Of a stretch of DNA of 52,807 nucleotides, positions 1 through 8,351 are shown piece by piece. The notes beneath the pieces are model-generated. The model saw only the letters and a list, made by a program, of their open reading frames with translations. It searched no databases and had not been told where the DNA came from. Made by a program: the position numbers and the translations under genes. The stretch comes from Chitinophagales bacterium. Lineage in GTDB: Bacteria > Bacteroidota > Bacteroidia > Chitinophagales > Saprospiraceae. Location of the stretch: positions 1 to 52,807 of the forward strand of contig JANMGN010000225.1 of the NCBI GenBank assembly GCA_031374645.1, in the 5' to 3' direction. Positions within the stretch are counted from its first letter, which is position 1. Each line of letters begins with the position of its first letter.

Positions 1-449
1 CTTCTTTTTTCAAAAAAATAAGCATCGCATTGCCACATTTCATCGCTCCTGTTTTGTGTATGATACTTACCTCTATTAGCCTCATTATCAGACAGATGCG
101 TAGTTCGGCTATACAAATACTTCAACAAGATTTTATAAAAACAGCCAAAGCAAAGGGACTTTCAGAAAAAAATATTTTACAAAAACACGTTTTTCCCAAT
201 GCTATTTTTCCTATTTTGTCGCTCATGGGAATTGCCTTGCCTGAGCTAATTGTTGGCTCTGTTTTGATAGAAAATATTTTTAATATCCCAGGAATGGGAA
301 AACTCATGGTTGCCACTATTGCACAAAAAGACTTTCCTGTTATGGTGGCTATTGTTTTGCTGATTGCTTGTGCAACATTGCTTGCTACATTTCTGACTAA
401 TTTGCTGTACCATATTTTTAATCCTCTGACAAAAATAAAAAATCACTAA
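1..449 (+). CDS. ABC transporter permease, Opp/Dpp 'B'-type, C-terminal part (5' end lies outside the window)
   Basis: The reading frame containing 30..449 is open back to base 3 with no stop, so the gene is truncated by the window edge. The sequence ...FIKTAKAKGLSEKNILQKHVFPNAIFPILSLMG...IENIFNIPGMGKL... is the typical C-terminal half of binding-protein-dependent peptide permeases. It ends with TAA at 447-449 and is followed 44 nt later by the partner permease. Confidence 0.8.
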   Translation, partial: SFFKKISIALPHFIAPVLCMILTSISLIIRQMRSSAIQILQQDFIKTAKAKGLSEKNILQKHVFPNAIFPILSLMGIALPELIVGSVLIENIFNIPGMGKLMVATIAQKDFPVMVAIVLLIACATLLATFLTNLLYHIFNPLTKIKNH

Positions 450-492
450 GCAAAACTACATAAAACCTATTGCAATATTTGCATTTTTTGCT

Positions 493-1602
493 TTGTTTGG
501 AGATTTTATCGCCAACGAAAAACCCCTTTATTGTCGCATAAAAGGGGAGGATTATTTTCCTGCTTTCCGACAATGGGCAGCTGACTTAGGTGTAGCTGAA
601 AATAAAAATTACACCATCACAAATTGGTCACAATACACTGATTATGAACAAGTTGTAAAAACAATAATTCCTTACAGTGCTTCTACACAAGATAAAAAAA
701 ATACCAATTTCGTAAGCCCTTTCGCTGCGCAAAATATTTCTTCAACATATTATAGACATTGGTTAGGGACAGATTTTTTGGGACATGACGTTTTGGCTGC
801 CATTTTAAGTGCCTGCAGAGTAGCATTTTTAATTGGCATCGGGACAACCATATTAGCCTTTATATTAGGGGTATTTATGGGAATTTTGGCAGGTTATTTC
901 GGCGATGACAAAATTACACTTTCTTGGCAAAGCGTTTTGACAATTACTTTTAGTTTGTTTTATATCTTTTTCATCTCTTTACAACTTGTTTATTTTCAAG
1001 CGCTTACCTTGATTTTATTCGCTTTTATTTCACTATTTTTTCTTGTAAAAAAAATAGAAAAACATACTAAACAATCTTTTTCAATAAAAATAAAATTAGA
1101 TAGCATTATATCTGGTTTGATAAATGTAAAACGCTCGATTCCCAATATTATAGTGATATTTATTTTAGTCGCTATTTTACAAAAATGCAGTATTGTGCAT
1201 TTGATTTTGATATTAGGTAGCTTGAGTTGGATGAATTTCGCCTTATTAGTAAGAGGAGAATTTTTAAAAATAAAAAACTTAGAGTACATTGTAGCGGCAA
1301 AATCATTGGGTTTTTCAGAAAATCAAATTTTATTTCGCCACGCACTTCCAAATGTTGTTTTACCAGCCATAATATTAGCGGCGAGCATGGTTTCCAACGC
1401 AATTTTAGCAGAAAGCAGCCTTTCCTTTTTAGGAATTGGACTACCAATCGAGCAAATGACTTGGGGCAGTTTGCTCAGACAAGCCGAAAACAATATCTCT
1501 GCTTGGTGGTTGGCTATTTTTCCAGGATTTTGTATTTTTATCGTTGTCATAATTTTCAATAAATTAGCTGAAAACTTACGAAAAGAATTAAGTAACGTGT
1601 AA
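493..1602 (+). CDS. ABC transporter permease, Opp/Dpp 'C'-type (start codon uncertain)
   Basis: The conserved C-terminal permease core is present: YIVAAKSLGFSENQILFRHALPNVVLPAIILAA...ESSLSFLGIGLP. The only canonical start is TTG at 493, which falls inside what looks like TM1 (see finding). TAA stop. Confidence 0.75.
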   Translation: MFGDFIANEKPLYCRIKGEDYFPAFRQWAADLGVAENKNYTITNWSQYTDYEQVVKTIIPYSASTQDKKNTNFVSPFAAQNISSTYYRHWLGTDFLGHDVLAAILSACRVAFLIGIGTTILAFILGVFMGILAGYFGDDKITLSWQSVLTITFSLFYIFFISLQLVYFQALTLILFAFISLFFLVKKIEKHTKQSFSIKIKLDSIISGLINVKRSIPNIIVIFILVAILQKCSIVHLILILGSLSWMNFALLVRGEFLKIKNLEYIVAAKSLGFSENQILFRHALPNVVLPAIILAASMVSNAILAESSLSFLGIGLPIEQMTWGSLLRQAENNISAWWLAIFPGFCIFIVVIIFNKLAENLRKELSNV

Positions 1603-1969
1603 ATAAATTTCATATTTTCCTGAAAAAATAAAAGCTAATGCAACTTAGCAGAAATGTCTTATTACTGACAAATAAGACAAAATAGCAGTCTTTATTTTTG
1701 CAACAAAACGATAAATAAAACGTTTTAATAAACAGAATACAATAAATGTTTTTTTTAAGCGACTAAAAAGGTACATTTTGTCAGATAAAACTGACTGGCA
1801 TAGTTTTCCTACAGTAGTTAATATGTTTGACTTTTAGATAAATAAAACAGATAGATTTGCTTTATTTATAAAAAAGGCTTAACATTGTTGCAAATTTAAT
1901 ATATAAACAAAATACGAGTAGAAAGTTACTTTTTTTGCCCTTCAAAAGGCAATTAAATTTAGGACATAA

Positions 1970-4558
1970 ATGAATAAAAAATTTTCACCAAAGGTAAAAC
2001 AAGTCATTTCTCGTAGCCGTGATGAGGCTATCAGATTAGGACAAGATTATATCGGTATCGAACACTTGTTACTGGGTATAATGACCGACCGAGATAGCTT
2101 GGCGGTAAAGGTATTGGAAAGTTTGGAAGTTGATACTTTAGAGATTCAACAAGCCATAGAAAACAATATTTCTCGTGAACGTGTAGGAAAAGACACCTTA
2201 AAAGTAGGTAACTTACCACTCAATAAAGTTGCTGAAAAAGTGCTGAAAGTTACTTTTTTGGAAGCGAAAAGCTTGAAATCAGAGGAAATATCGCCCGAGC
2301 ATTTATTGCTTTCTATCCTGAAAGAGGAAACAAACTTGGCTTCAAAGGTACTCAAACAATATGATGTAGATTATGATATTTACAAATCTGAGTTAGAGTA
2401 TGTTCGTCAAGACCTCGAAATGGAAGGAACAACAGGCGCAGTAGCGACAGCCTCCAAAAATGATTTCCGCAACGCAGCAGGCGACGATGATCCGTTTGAT
2501 GATGACGACCAACGTAGCGGCAATTACCGTAGCGGACAAGGCGGAAGTGGTGCTGCGAAGCAAGCAAAATCACGCACGCCAGTATTGGATAATTTTGGTC
2601 GTGACCTTACGAAACAAGCTGAGGAAGGTCGTCTCGACCCAATCATCGGTCGTGAAACAGAAATCGAGCGTGTTTCTCAGATTTTGAGCCGTCGCAAAAA
2701 GAATAATCCAATTTTAATTGGAGAGCCAGGCGTTGGTAAAACCGCTATTGCCGAAGGCTTAGCTTTGCGTATCATTCAAAAAAGAGTGAGCCGTACGCTT
2801 TTCGGAAAACGTATCGTTATGCTTGACATGGCGGCTATGGTTGCTGGAACAAAATACCGTGGTCAGTTCGAAGAGCGCATGAAAGCGATTATGCTCGAAT
2901 TGGAAAAAAATCGTGATGTCATTTTATTTATAGATGAAATACATACTATTGTAGGTGCAGGTGGCGCAACAGGCTCGCTTGACGCTTCCAATATCTTCAA
3001 ACCAGCACTCTCTCGTGGAGAATTGCAATGTATTGGAGCTTCTACTTTAGATGAGTACCGTCAATATATTGAGAAAGACGGTGCACTCGAGCGAAGATTT
3101 CAAAAAGTATTGATAGAACCGCCAAGTGTAGAAGACTCTATCCATATTTTGAGTAATATTCGTTCAAAATACGAAGAATTTCACAATGTTTCTTACTCTG
3201 ACGATGCAATCGCACATTGCGTAAAATGGAGCGACAGATATATTTCAGACCGCTTTTTACCCGATAAAGCCATTGACGTAATGGACGAAGTTGGCGCAAG
3301 AGTTCACTTGAAAAATATCCACGTTCCGAAGCACATTGAGGAAATCGAGAAAAAAATCGAGGAAATAAAAGAACTCAAAAATGCGGCTGTCAAAAATCAA
3401 CAGTACGAACGTGCTGCTGACTTGCGTGACGATGAGATGAAACTTTCTCGTCAGCTCGAACAAGCAAAAACGCAATGGGACGACGATGCAAAAAATCAGC
3501 GTTATCCAGTGACCGAAGAAGACATTGCAGAGGTTATCGCTATGATGACGGGTATCCCTGTCAAACGTGTAAACCAAAGCGAAAGTAAGAAATTGGTCAA
3601 GATGCCAGAAGATTTGAAAGGCTCAGTAGTCGGACAAAATGAGGCAATTTTAAAGATAAGCAAAGCAATACAACGCAATCGTGTAGGTCTGAAAGACCCT
3701 ACGAAGCCTATTGGTTCGTTTATTTTCTTAGGACCAACAGGTGTTGGTAAGACAGAATTGGCAAAAACATTGGCTCGCTATATGTTCGATAACGAGGATA
3801 GCTTGATACGTATAGATATGACGGAATATATGGAGAAATTCTCTATCAGCCGTTTGATAGGTGCGCCTCCAGGTTATGTAGGTTACGAAGAAGGCGGACA
3901 ATTAACAGAAAAAGTACGTCGCAAGCCGTACAGTGTGGTACTTTTGGACGAAATAGAAAAAGCGCATCCTGATGTGTACAATATTTTGTTGCAAGTATTA
4001 GACGATGGACAATTGACGGACGGATTGGGTCGTAAAGTAGATTTTAAAAATACTTTAATCATTATGACTTCCAATATTGGTGTTCGTCAGTTAAAAGATT
4101 TCGGACAAGGTGTTGGTTTCCAAACCTTAGCACGTCAAGAAGCAGTAGAAGATAACTCAAAAGCAGTTATTCAAAATGCGTTGAAAAAGACATTTTCTCC
4201 TGAGTTTTTGAACCGTATAGATGATGTAGTTATTTTTAACTCATTAGAAAAAGAACAAATTTTTGAGATTATAGATATTGCGTTGAAAGATTTATACAAG
4301 CGTTTGACCACTATGGGCTTTACGCTTACACTTACAACAGAAGCTAAAAATTTCGTAGCAGAAAAAGGATATGACCCTCAGTTTGGCGCACGACCACTAA
4401 ACCGTGCGATACAAAAACACATCGAAGATCCACTCGCAGAGTTTATCTTAAATGAAAATCCAAGCGAAGGTGCTGTTTTAGAAGCTGTACTAAACGATGA
4501 AAAAGATGGTTTGAAAATTACACTTCAGAATAATGTTGGAGTGAATAGTGAGAACTAA
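1970..4558 (+). CDS. clpC: ATP-dependent Clp protease ATP-binding subunit ClpC (class I AAA+ unfoldase)
   Basis: 862 aa. It has duplicated Clp_N repeats at the N-terminus and two Walker A boxes ([13 protein letters not shown] and [12 protein letters not shown]). A UVR-like coiled segment ([16 protein letters not shown]) sits between D1 and D2. It also carries the ClpA/B signature [10 protein letters not shown]. Confidence 0.92.
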   Translation: MNKKFSPKVKQVISRSRDEAIRLGQDYIGIEHLLLGIMTDRDSLAVKVLESLEVDTLEIQQAIENNISRERVGKDTLKVGNLPLNKVAEKVLKVTFLEAKSLKSEEISPEHLLLSILKEETNLASKVLKQYDVDYDIYKSELEYVRQDLEMEGTTGAVATASKNDFRNAAGDDDPFDDDDQRSGNYRSGQGGSGAAKQAKSRTPVLDNFGRDLTKQAEEGRLDPIIGRETEIERVSQILSRRKKNNPILIGEPGVGKTAIAEGLALRIIQKRVSRTLFGKRIVMLDMAAMVAGTKYRGQFEERMKAIMLELEKNRDVILFIDEIHTIVGAGGATGSLDASNIFKPALSRGELQCIGASTLDEYRQYIEKDGALERRFQKVLIEPPSVEDSIHILSNIRSKYEEFHNVSYSDDAIAHCVKWSDRYISDRFLPDKAIDVMDEVGARVHLKNIHVPKHIEEIEKKIEEIKELKNAAVKNQQYERAADLRDDEMKLSRQLEQAKTQWDDDAKNQRYPVTEEDIAEVIAMMTGIPVKRVNQSESKKLVKMPEDLKGSVVGQNEAILKISKAIQRNRVGLKDPTKPIGSFIFLGPTGVGKTELAKTLARYMFDNEDSLIRIDMTEYMEKFSISRLIGAPPGYVGYEEGGQLTEKVRRKPYSVVLLDEIEKAHPDVYNILLQVLDDGQLTDGLGRKVDFKNTLIIMTSNIGVRQLKDFGQGVGFQTLARQEAVEDNSKAVIQNALKKTFSPEFLNRIDDVVIFNSLEKEQIFEIIDIALKDLYKRLTTMGFTLTLTTEAKNFVAEKGYDPQFGARPLNRAIQKHIEDPLAEFILNENPSEGAVLEAVLNDEKDGLKITLQNNVGVNSEN

Positions 4559-4570
4559 ATAATTAAAAAA

Positions 4571-4603
4571 TGTGCTGATTTTTGAAATCAGTGCATTTTT
4601 TTT
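4571..4603 (+). terminator. Rho-independent terminator of clpC
   Basis: Stem tgtgctgattt (4571-4581) pairs with aaatcagtgca (4585-4595). This gives 11 bp including two G-U pairs, a 3-nt loop, and then T8 (4596-4603). Confidence 0.65.
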
Positions 4604-4650
4604 AACCAAATAAAAAAGCCTCGTACGATACGAGGCTTTTTTATTTGGTT
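4604..4650. terminator. Perfect 22-bp palindrome, probable bidirectional terminator (clpC / pepN convergent junction)
   Basis: aaccaaataaaaaagcctcgta (4604-4625), loop cga, then tacgaggcttttttatttggtt (4629-4650). The GC-rich core is flanked by A-runs 5' and T-runs 3', so it reads as a terminator on both strands. Confidence 0.6.
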
Positions 4651-4651
4651 C

Positions 4652-4752
4652 ATCCATGATTTTGGCGGAATAGATTTAGTGCGCTCTATAAACCCGTGAG
4701 GTATTGAAGACCTCACGAGTTTTACCGTGGAAGTTCCGCCAAAATCATGGAT
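4652..4752. repeat. 101-nt inverted-repeat element (19-bp perfect terminal arms plus internal 8-bp hairpin) of unknown nature
   Basis: atccatgattttggcggaa (4652-4670) is the exact reverse complement of ttccgccaaaatcatggat (4734-4752). An internal hairpin pairs cgtgaggt (4695-4702) with acctcacg (4710-4717). Confidence 0.6.
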
Positions 4753-4789
4753 AAACCTTTTATTTTAACAGAAAAACGAAAACAAATCG

Positions 4790-7405
4790 TTATTTATCCA
4801 ACATTTCATAAACCGCTTTCAGCTGCTTATTAGTTTCTTTTTCCTTGATTTCCTTCACAATAGCTGTAATTTCTTGCATTTTACCAGTGTTATTAAGTGA
4901 CTTATAAACTGGTTTCATATCAACCAATCCTTTTGCCGCACCATAACGTTGCCAAGAAGAAATTGCCTGATCTAATGCCATTGCTCTCAGCTTAGCGATA
5001 CCTTTTGCTTGTGTTGCATCATCTAAGCCCACTATCATCTGTCCGTAAGAACCAATTAGTGAAATCGCATCATAACCGTTCACTTTCGACATGCGTTTTT
5101 CAAAAAATGGTAAATATTCTACTTTTGGATTTTCAGAATAAATATTTGCTAAGGCTGAGGAAATACTCGAATTTTCTTCTTTTTCAAGTTTAGGAATATA
5201 AGTCAATGCTTGCTCTTTATCTAAAAGATACAAAGATTGCAACGCATCAGAAATTACAGGATAAGCCTGTTCTTTGTCTAAAAGTTGCTTTGCTACCGTG
5301 GCATATTTTTTATCATTGGTTTGTGCCAAACGACCCATTGCCAAGCCTCTTACACCAGAATATTTATCCGAAACAGCCATATTTTCTAATTTTGTAGCTA
5401 CTTCTGGTTTAGAAATATCAGCCAAATTAACTGCTGTAAGACGAATAGAGCTATGATTATCATTCAAGGCTGATTGGAAAGTAGTTTTTGCCTCAGGAGA
5501 TTCTACAAATTTATTTCCCAAACCTTGTATGGCTTCTTCACGGTCTAAAAGAAGTGGCGCATTGGCATACTGAAAAGCCAACTCCTCTGCTGTTTTTTCA
5601 TAATCTGCCTCCCAAAGCGTTACACGTGCAGCATCTACATTTACCAATTTAGGAGCTGTTTTTACATCAAAAACAAAAGTTTCTTTGCGTTTGTTTGTCG
5701 TAACATTGAAGCGTTGTTTCGTTCCATTTGCGGCATAAACATCTATCGCCAGAGGCAACTGATACACGGCAGTATTAGAAGTTGCATTTTGCAATTGCGC
5801 AATTGTAACAGAAAGTTTGCTTGTAACAGCATCAAAATTTTTAGTAATTTTCACTTCTGGATGCCCAGCTGTCAAATACCATTGATTAAAAAAGCGATTC
5901 AAATCTTTACCACTTGTTTTTTCAAAAGCAATACGCAAATCATGTACTTCCACGCTTGAAAAAGCGTGTTCACGCAAATAATTGCCCAATGCGGTAAAAA
6001 ATGCGTCGTCGCCAATATAATTTCTTAGCATGTGCAAAATAATTCCACCTTTATTGTAGCTGTGCGCATCGAACATATCTTCACGGTTGCCATAGCTAAA
6101 GTCTATCAAAGCGTGACGTTGATTTTTAGCTTGTCCAAAATAACCTTGTGCTTCTGTCATCCAATGTGCATCAGCAGCGTCACGACCATATTTGTATTCG
6201 AGCCAAAGGTATTCTGAGTAATTTGCAAAACCTTCATTGAGTGTCAAGTTTGACCAGCTCTCCGTAGTTACATAATCGCCAAACCAGTGATGAAACATCT
6301 CATGCGCTACGACTAATTCGTTGGTTTCTACATCTATCAATTCACGCTCGTGATTTTGCATAAATTCTCCGAAAATAACTGCCGTTGTGTTTTCCATTGC
6401 ACCCGAAACATAATCACGCATTACAATCTGAGCGTATTTTTGCCAAGGGTACTTTACACCTAATTTTGTAGAAAAAAATGTTAATAACTCTGGCGTATGT
6501 GGATAAATCGCTTTTGCATCTTTTTCAAAAGCAGGCTCTACATAATAAGAAAGCTCTATATTTTCCCATTTTTCTCTCACAACCGCAAAATCGCCTACTG
6601 CAATCATAACCAAATATGGTGCATGAGGCTGATCCATTTTCCAGTAATCCGTACGAGTTCCGTCTGGATTTTTTTTAGAAGAAAGCATCAAACCATTAGA
6701 GAGCGTTTTATATTTGTCCTCTACGGTTAGCTTTATTTCGTTTGTTGCACGCTCATTTGGGCTATCAATCGTAGGAAACCAACAAGAGTTAGACTGTGTT
6801 TCTCCTTGCGACCAAATTTGCATTGGCTTCTCCGTATCTTCGCCTTTGGGATTGATAAAATACAAACCTTTGTCAGAGTTTATGGCAGCCGAACCACCGA
6901 TATTCGCACGCTCTTCTGGTTTAGCAACATAATCTATTGCGATTTTATATTCTTCATTTCGGTTATAAACACGATCTAAATGAATGGTTATTTTTTCATT
7001 ATTGTATTCATATTTGAGTGGCGTATTTTTTCCATCAAGCGAAATGCTATTAAAATCAAAATTTTTAGCATCTAAAACAAGCAAATCCGTAGCGTAAAAA
7101 TAAGGTTTGAAAGCCAAAATAGCTTTGCCCATCACACGCTGTTTTGCCCAATCAAAACGAAGGTCAAGGTTGGTGTGGAGCAAATCATTTGTGCGCTCGT
7201 TAGTCGCTTGATAAAGCGGTATTTCCTGGTCATCAGGAATATCCGAAGGTGCAGAAGAAGTGACATTTATGTCATCTAAAATTATTTCTTTAGTGATTGT
7301 CTCTTTTGGCATTTTATCTGCCGTGTTACTTGCTTTTTTGGAAGAATTACAAGCAAAAGCTACAATAATAGCCGAGCTGGCAACGAGTAAGGTAAGTTTT
7401 TTCAT
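4790..7405 (-). CDS. pepN: M1-family zinc aminopeptidase (aminopeptidase N-like) lipoprotein
   Basis: 871 aa. It has the gluzincin motif HEMFHHWFGDYVT-(x)-WLNEGFANYSEY (HEXXH plus E 18 residues downstream) and a GAMEN exopeptidase motif (VSGAMENTT). The N-terminal lipobox is LLVASSAIIVAFAC. The C-terminal part is HEAT-like. Confidence 0.9.
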   Translation of the reverse strand: MKKLTLLVASSAIIVAFACNSSKKASNTADKMPKETITKEIILDDINVTSSAPSDIPDDQEIPLYQATNERTNDLLHTNLDLRFDWAKQRVMGKAILAFKPYFYATDLLVLDAKNFDFNSISLDGKNTPLKYEYNNEKITIHLDRVYNRNEEYKIAIDYVAKPEERANIGGSAAINSDKGLYFINPKGEDTEKPMQIWSQGETQSNSCWFPTIDSPNERATNEIKLTVEDKYKTLSNGLMLSSKKNPDGTRTDYWKMDQPHAPYLVMIAVGDFAVVREKWENIELSYYVEPAFEKDAKAIYPHTPELLTFFSTKLGVKYPWQKYAQIVMRDYVSGAMENTTAVIFGEFMQNHERELIDVETNELVVAHEMFHHWFGDYVTTESWSNLTLNEGFANYSEYLWLEYKYGRDAADAHWMTEAQGYFGQAKNQRHALIDFSYGNREDMFDAHSYNKGGIILHMLRNYIGDDAFFTALGNYLREHAFSSVEVHDLRIAFEKTSGKDLNRFFNQWYLTAGHPEVKITKNFDAVTSKLSVTIAQLQNATSNTAVYQLPLAIDVYAANGTKQRFNVTTNKRKETFVFDVKTAPKLVNVDAARVTLWEADYEKTAEELAFQYANAPLLLDREEAIQGLGNKFVESPEAKTTFQSALNDNHSSIRLTAVNLADISKPEVATKLENMAVSDKYSGVRGLAMGRLAQTNDKKYATVAKQLLDKEQAYPVISDALQSLYLLDKEQALTYIPKLEKEENSSISSALANIYSENPKVEYLPFFEKRMSKVNGYDAISLIGSYGQMIVGLDDATQAKGIAKLRAMALDQAISSWQRYGAAKGLVDMKPVYKSLNNTGKMQEITAIVKEIKEKETNKQLKAVYEMLDK

Positions 7406-7815
7406 AAAATACAGAATACTATTTATTTAATTTAAAATACTAAGATAACGCAAAAATGATTTTCTTTATATAAAAAATGCAAAAATGATTTTTATTTTAG
7501 ACAAAAAGGCGTTTTTTCGTGCTTAATTTTAAAATATAGCTTATTTTTTATACAAATATAAAGTAAATACTTTTAGAAAACGGAGCTAATCTTGCGTATT
7601 CAATGAAAAATTTAGTGTATTTTATCAGAATTGTTAGTTAAACGTCGCCTTAAGCCCTGACAGGATTTTTAGACTTGCGACAAATACTTGATAATTTTGT
7701 TTTTTTACTGTTAATCTCTCTACTTATTTTTTACTTTATTTTACTTATTTTTATCCATTATTTAAAAACATACTAAATAAGTATTTTGTTTATACTACAT
7801 ATAGTATCAAATGTG

Positions 7816-7823
7816 TATTTTTG
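7816..7823 (+). promoter_or_regulatory. Bacteroidetes -7 promoter motif (TAnnTTTG) upstream of ccmE
   Basis: TATTTTTG lies 26 nt upstream of the ATG at 7849. This is a consensus match only, and no convincing -33 TTG is present at the canonical spacing. Confidence 0.4.
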
Positions 7824-7848
7824 CACAAAATATTAAAATGTAATTGAT

Positions 7849-8247
7849 ATGAAAAAAACACACATCATAGGTATTTTGGTAATTGCGATTGCCATAGGTC
7901 TTTTGTTTGTAGCTGGAAAAGATTTTTCTGAGTACGCTTCATTTGCAGATGCTGCAAAAACAGAAGAAAAAGTAAAAATTGTTGGTCAGCTTAGTAAAGA
8001 TAAGCCAATAGATTACAATCCTGAAAAAGATGCAAGCGCATTTTCATTTTATATGAAAGATAATAAAGGGATTGAGAAGAAAGTAGTGCTTTTGGCTGCA
8101 AAACCACAAGAGTTTGAGCGTTCGGAGCAAATCGTACTTACAGGCTGCATGAAAGGCGATGATTTTGTGGCTTCTGATATGTTGATGAAATGTCCAAGTA
8201 AATACAAAGACGAAGAAATTTACATCAAAAGCGAAAAATCTTTGTAA
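7849..8247 (+). CDS. ccmE: Cytochrome c maturation heme chaperone CcmE, CXXXY variant
   Basis: 132 aa. It has an N-terminal TM anchor (IIGILVIAIAIGLLFVAG) and an OB-fold-like body (VKIVGQL...FYMKD...VVLL...IVLTG). The C-terminal motif is LMKCPSKY, where canonical CcmE has H-x-x-x-Y. The gene sits directly upstream of a CcmF-like gene. Confidence 0.75.
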   Translation: MKKTHIIGILVIAIAIGLLFVAGKDFSEYASFADAAKTEEKVKIVGQLSKDKPIDYNPEKDASAFSFYMKDNKGIEKKVVLLAAKPQEFERSEQIVLTGCMKGDDFVASDMLMKCPSKYKDEEIYIKSEKSL

Positions 8248-8351
8248 TCAGAAATAATTATTAAACTTGAAAAATTTGCATACCTCTTGCAAACCAAAAT
8301 TCTTATTTTTTTAGAAAATAACTGAAAAGGGATTTTAGAGAGGCATTTTTT

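Noticed and set aside
996-1613. Overlapping ORFs inside the second permease gene (996..1289 minus, 1172..1447 minus, 1227..1562 plus, 1323..1613 minus), and similar ones inside clpC, pepN, ccmF and kup.
   Set aside because: They are entirely nested in genes with strong homology signatures and have no independent support. They are treated as frame noise.
4652-4752. Calling the inverted-repeat element a MITE.
   Set aside because: No target-site duplication flanks the 19-bp arms, no transposase-related sequence is present, and no second copy exists in the window. The only shared piece, an 11-mer at 29949-29959, is within chance expectation. It is kept as an unexplained repeat or structure rather than called a mobile element.
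7406-7848. I scanned the long AT-rich spacers (1603-1969, 7406-7848, 27126-27512, 32510-32804, 48700-49024) for tRNA, tmRNA, SRP/6S/RNase P RNA, CRISPR repeats or small protein genes.
   Set aside because: I found no T-loop (GGTTCGAAT-like) or acceptor-stem pairing, and no regularly spaced direct repeats. No conserved ncRNA cores were recognisable by eye, and the only ORFs were trivial, such as a 15-codon MQLSRNVLLLTNKTK at about 1639. Absence by eye is not proof, and a covariance-model scan would be decisive.
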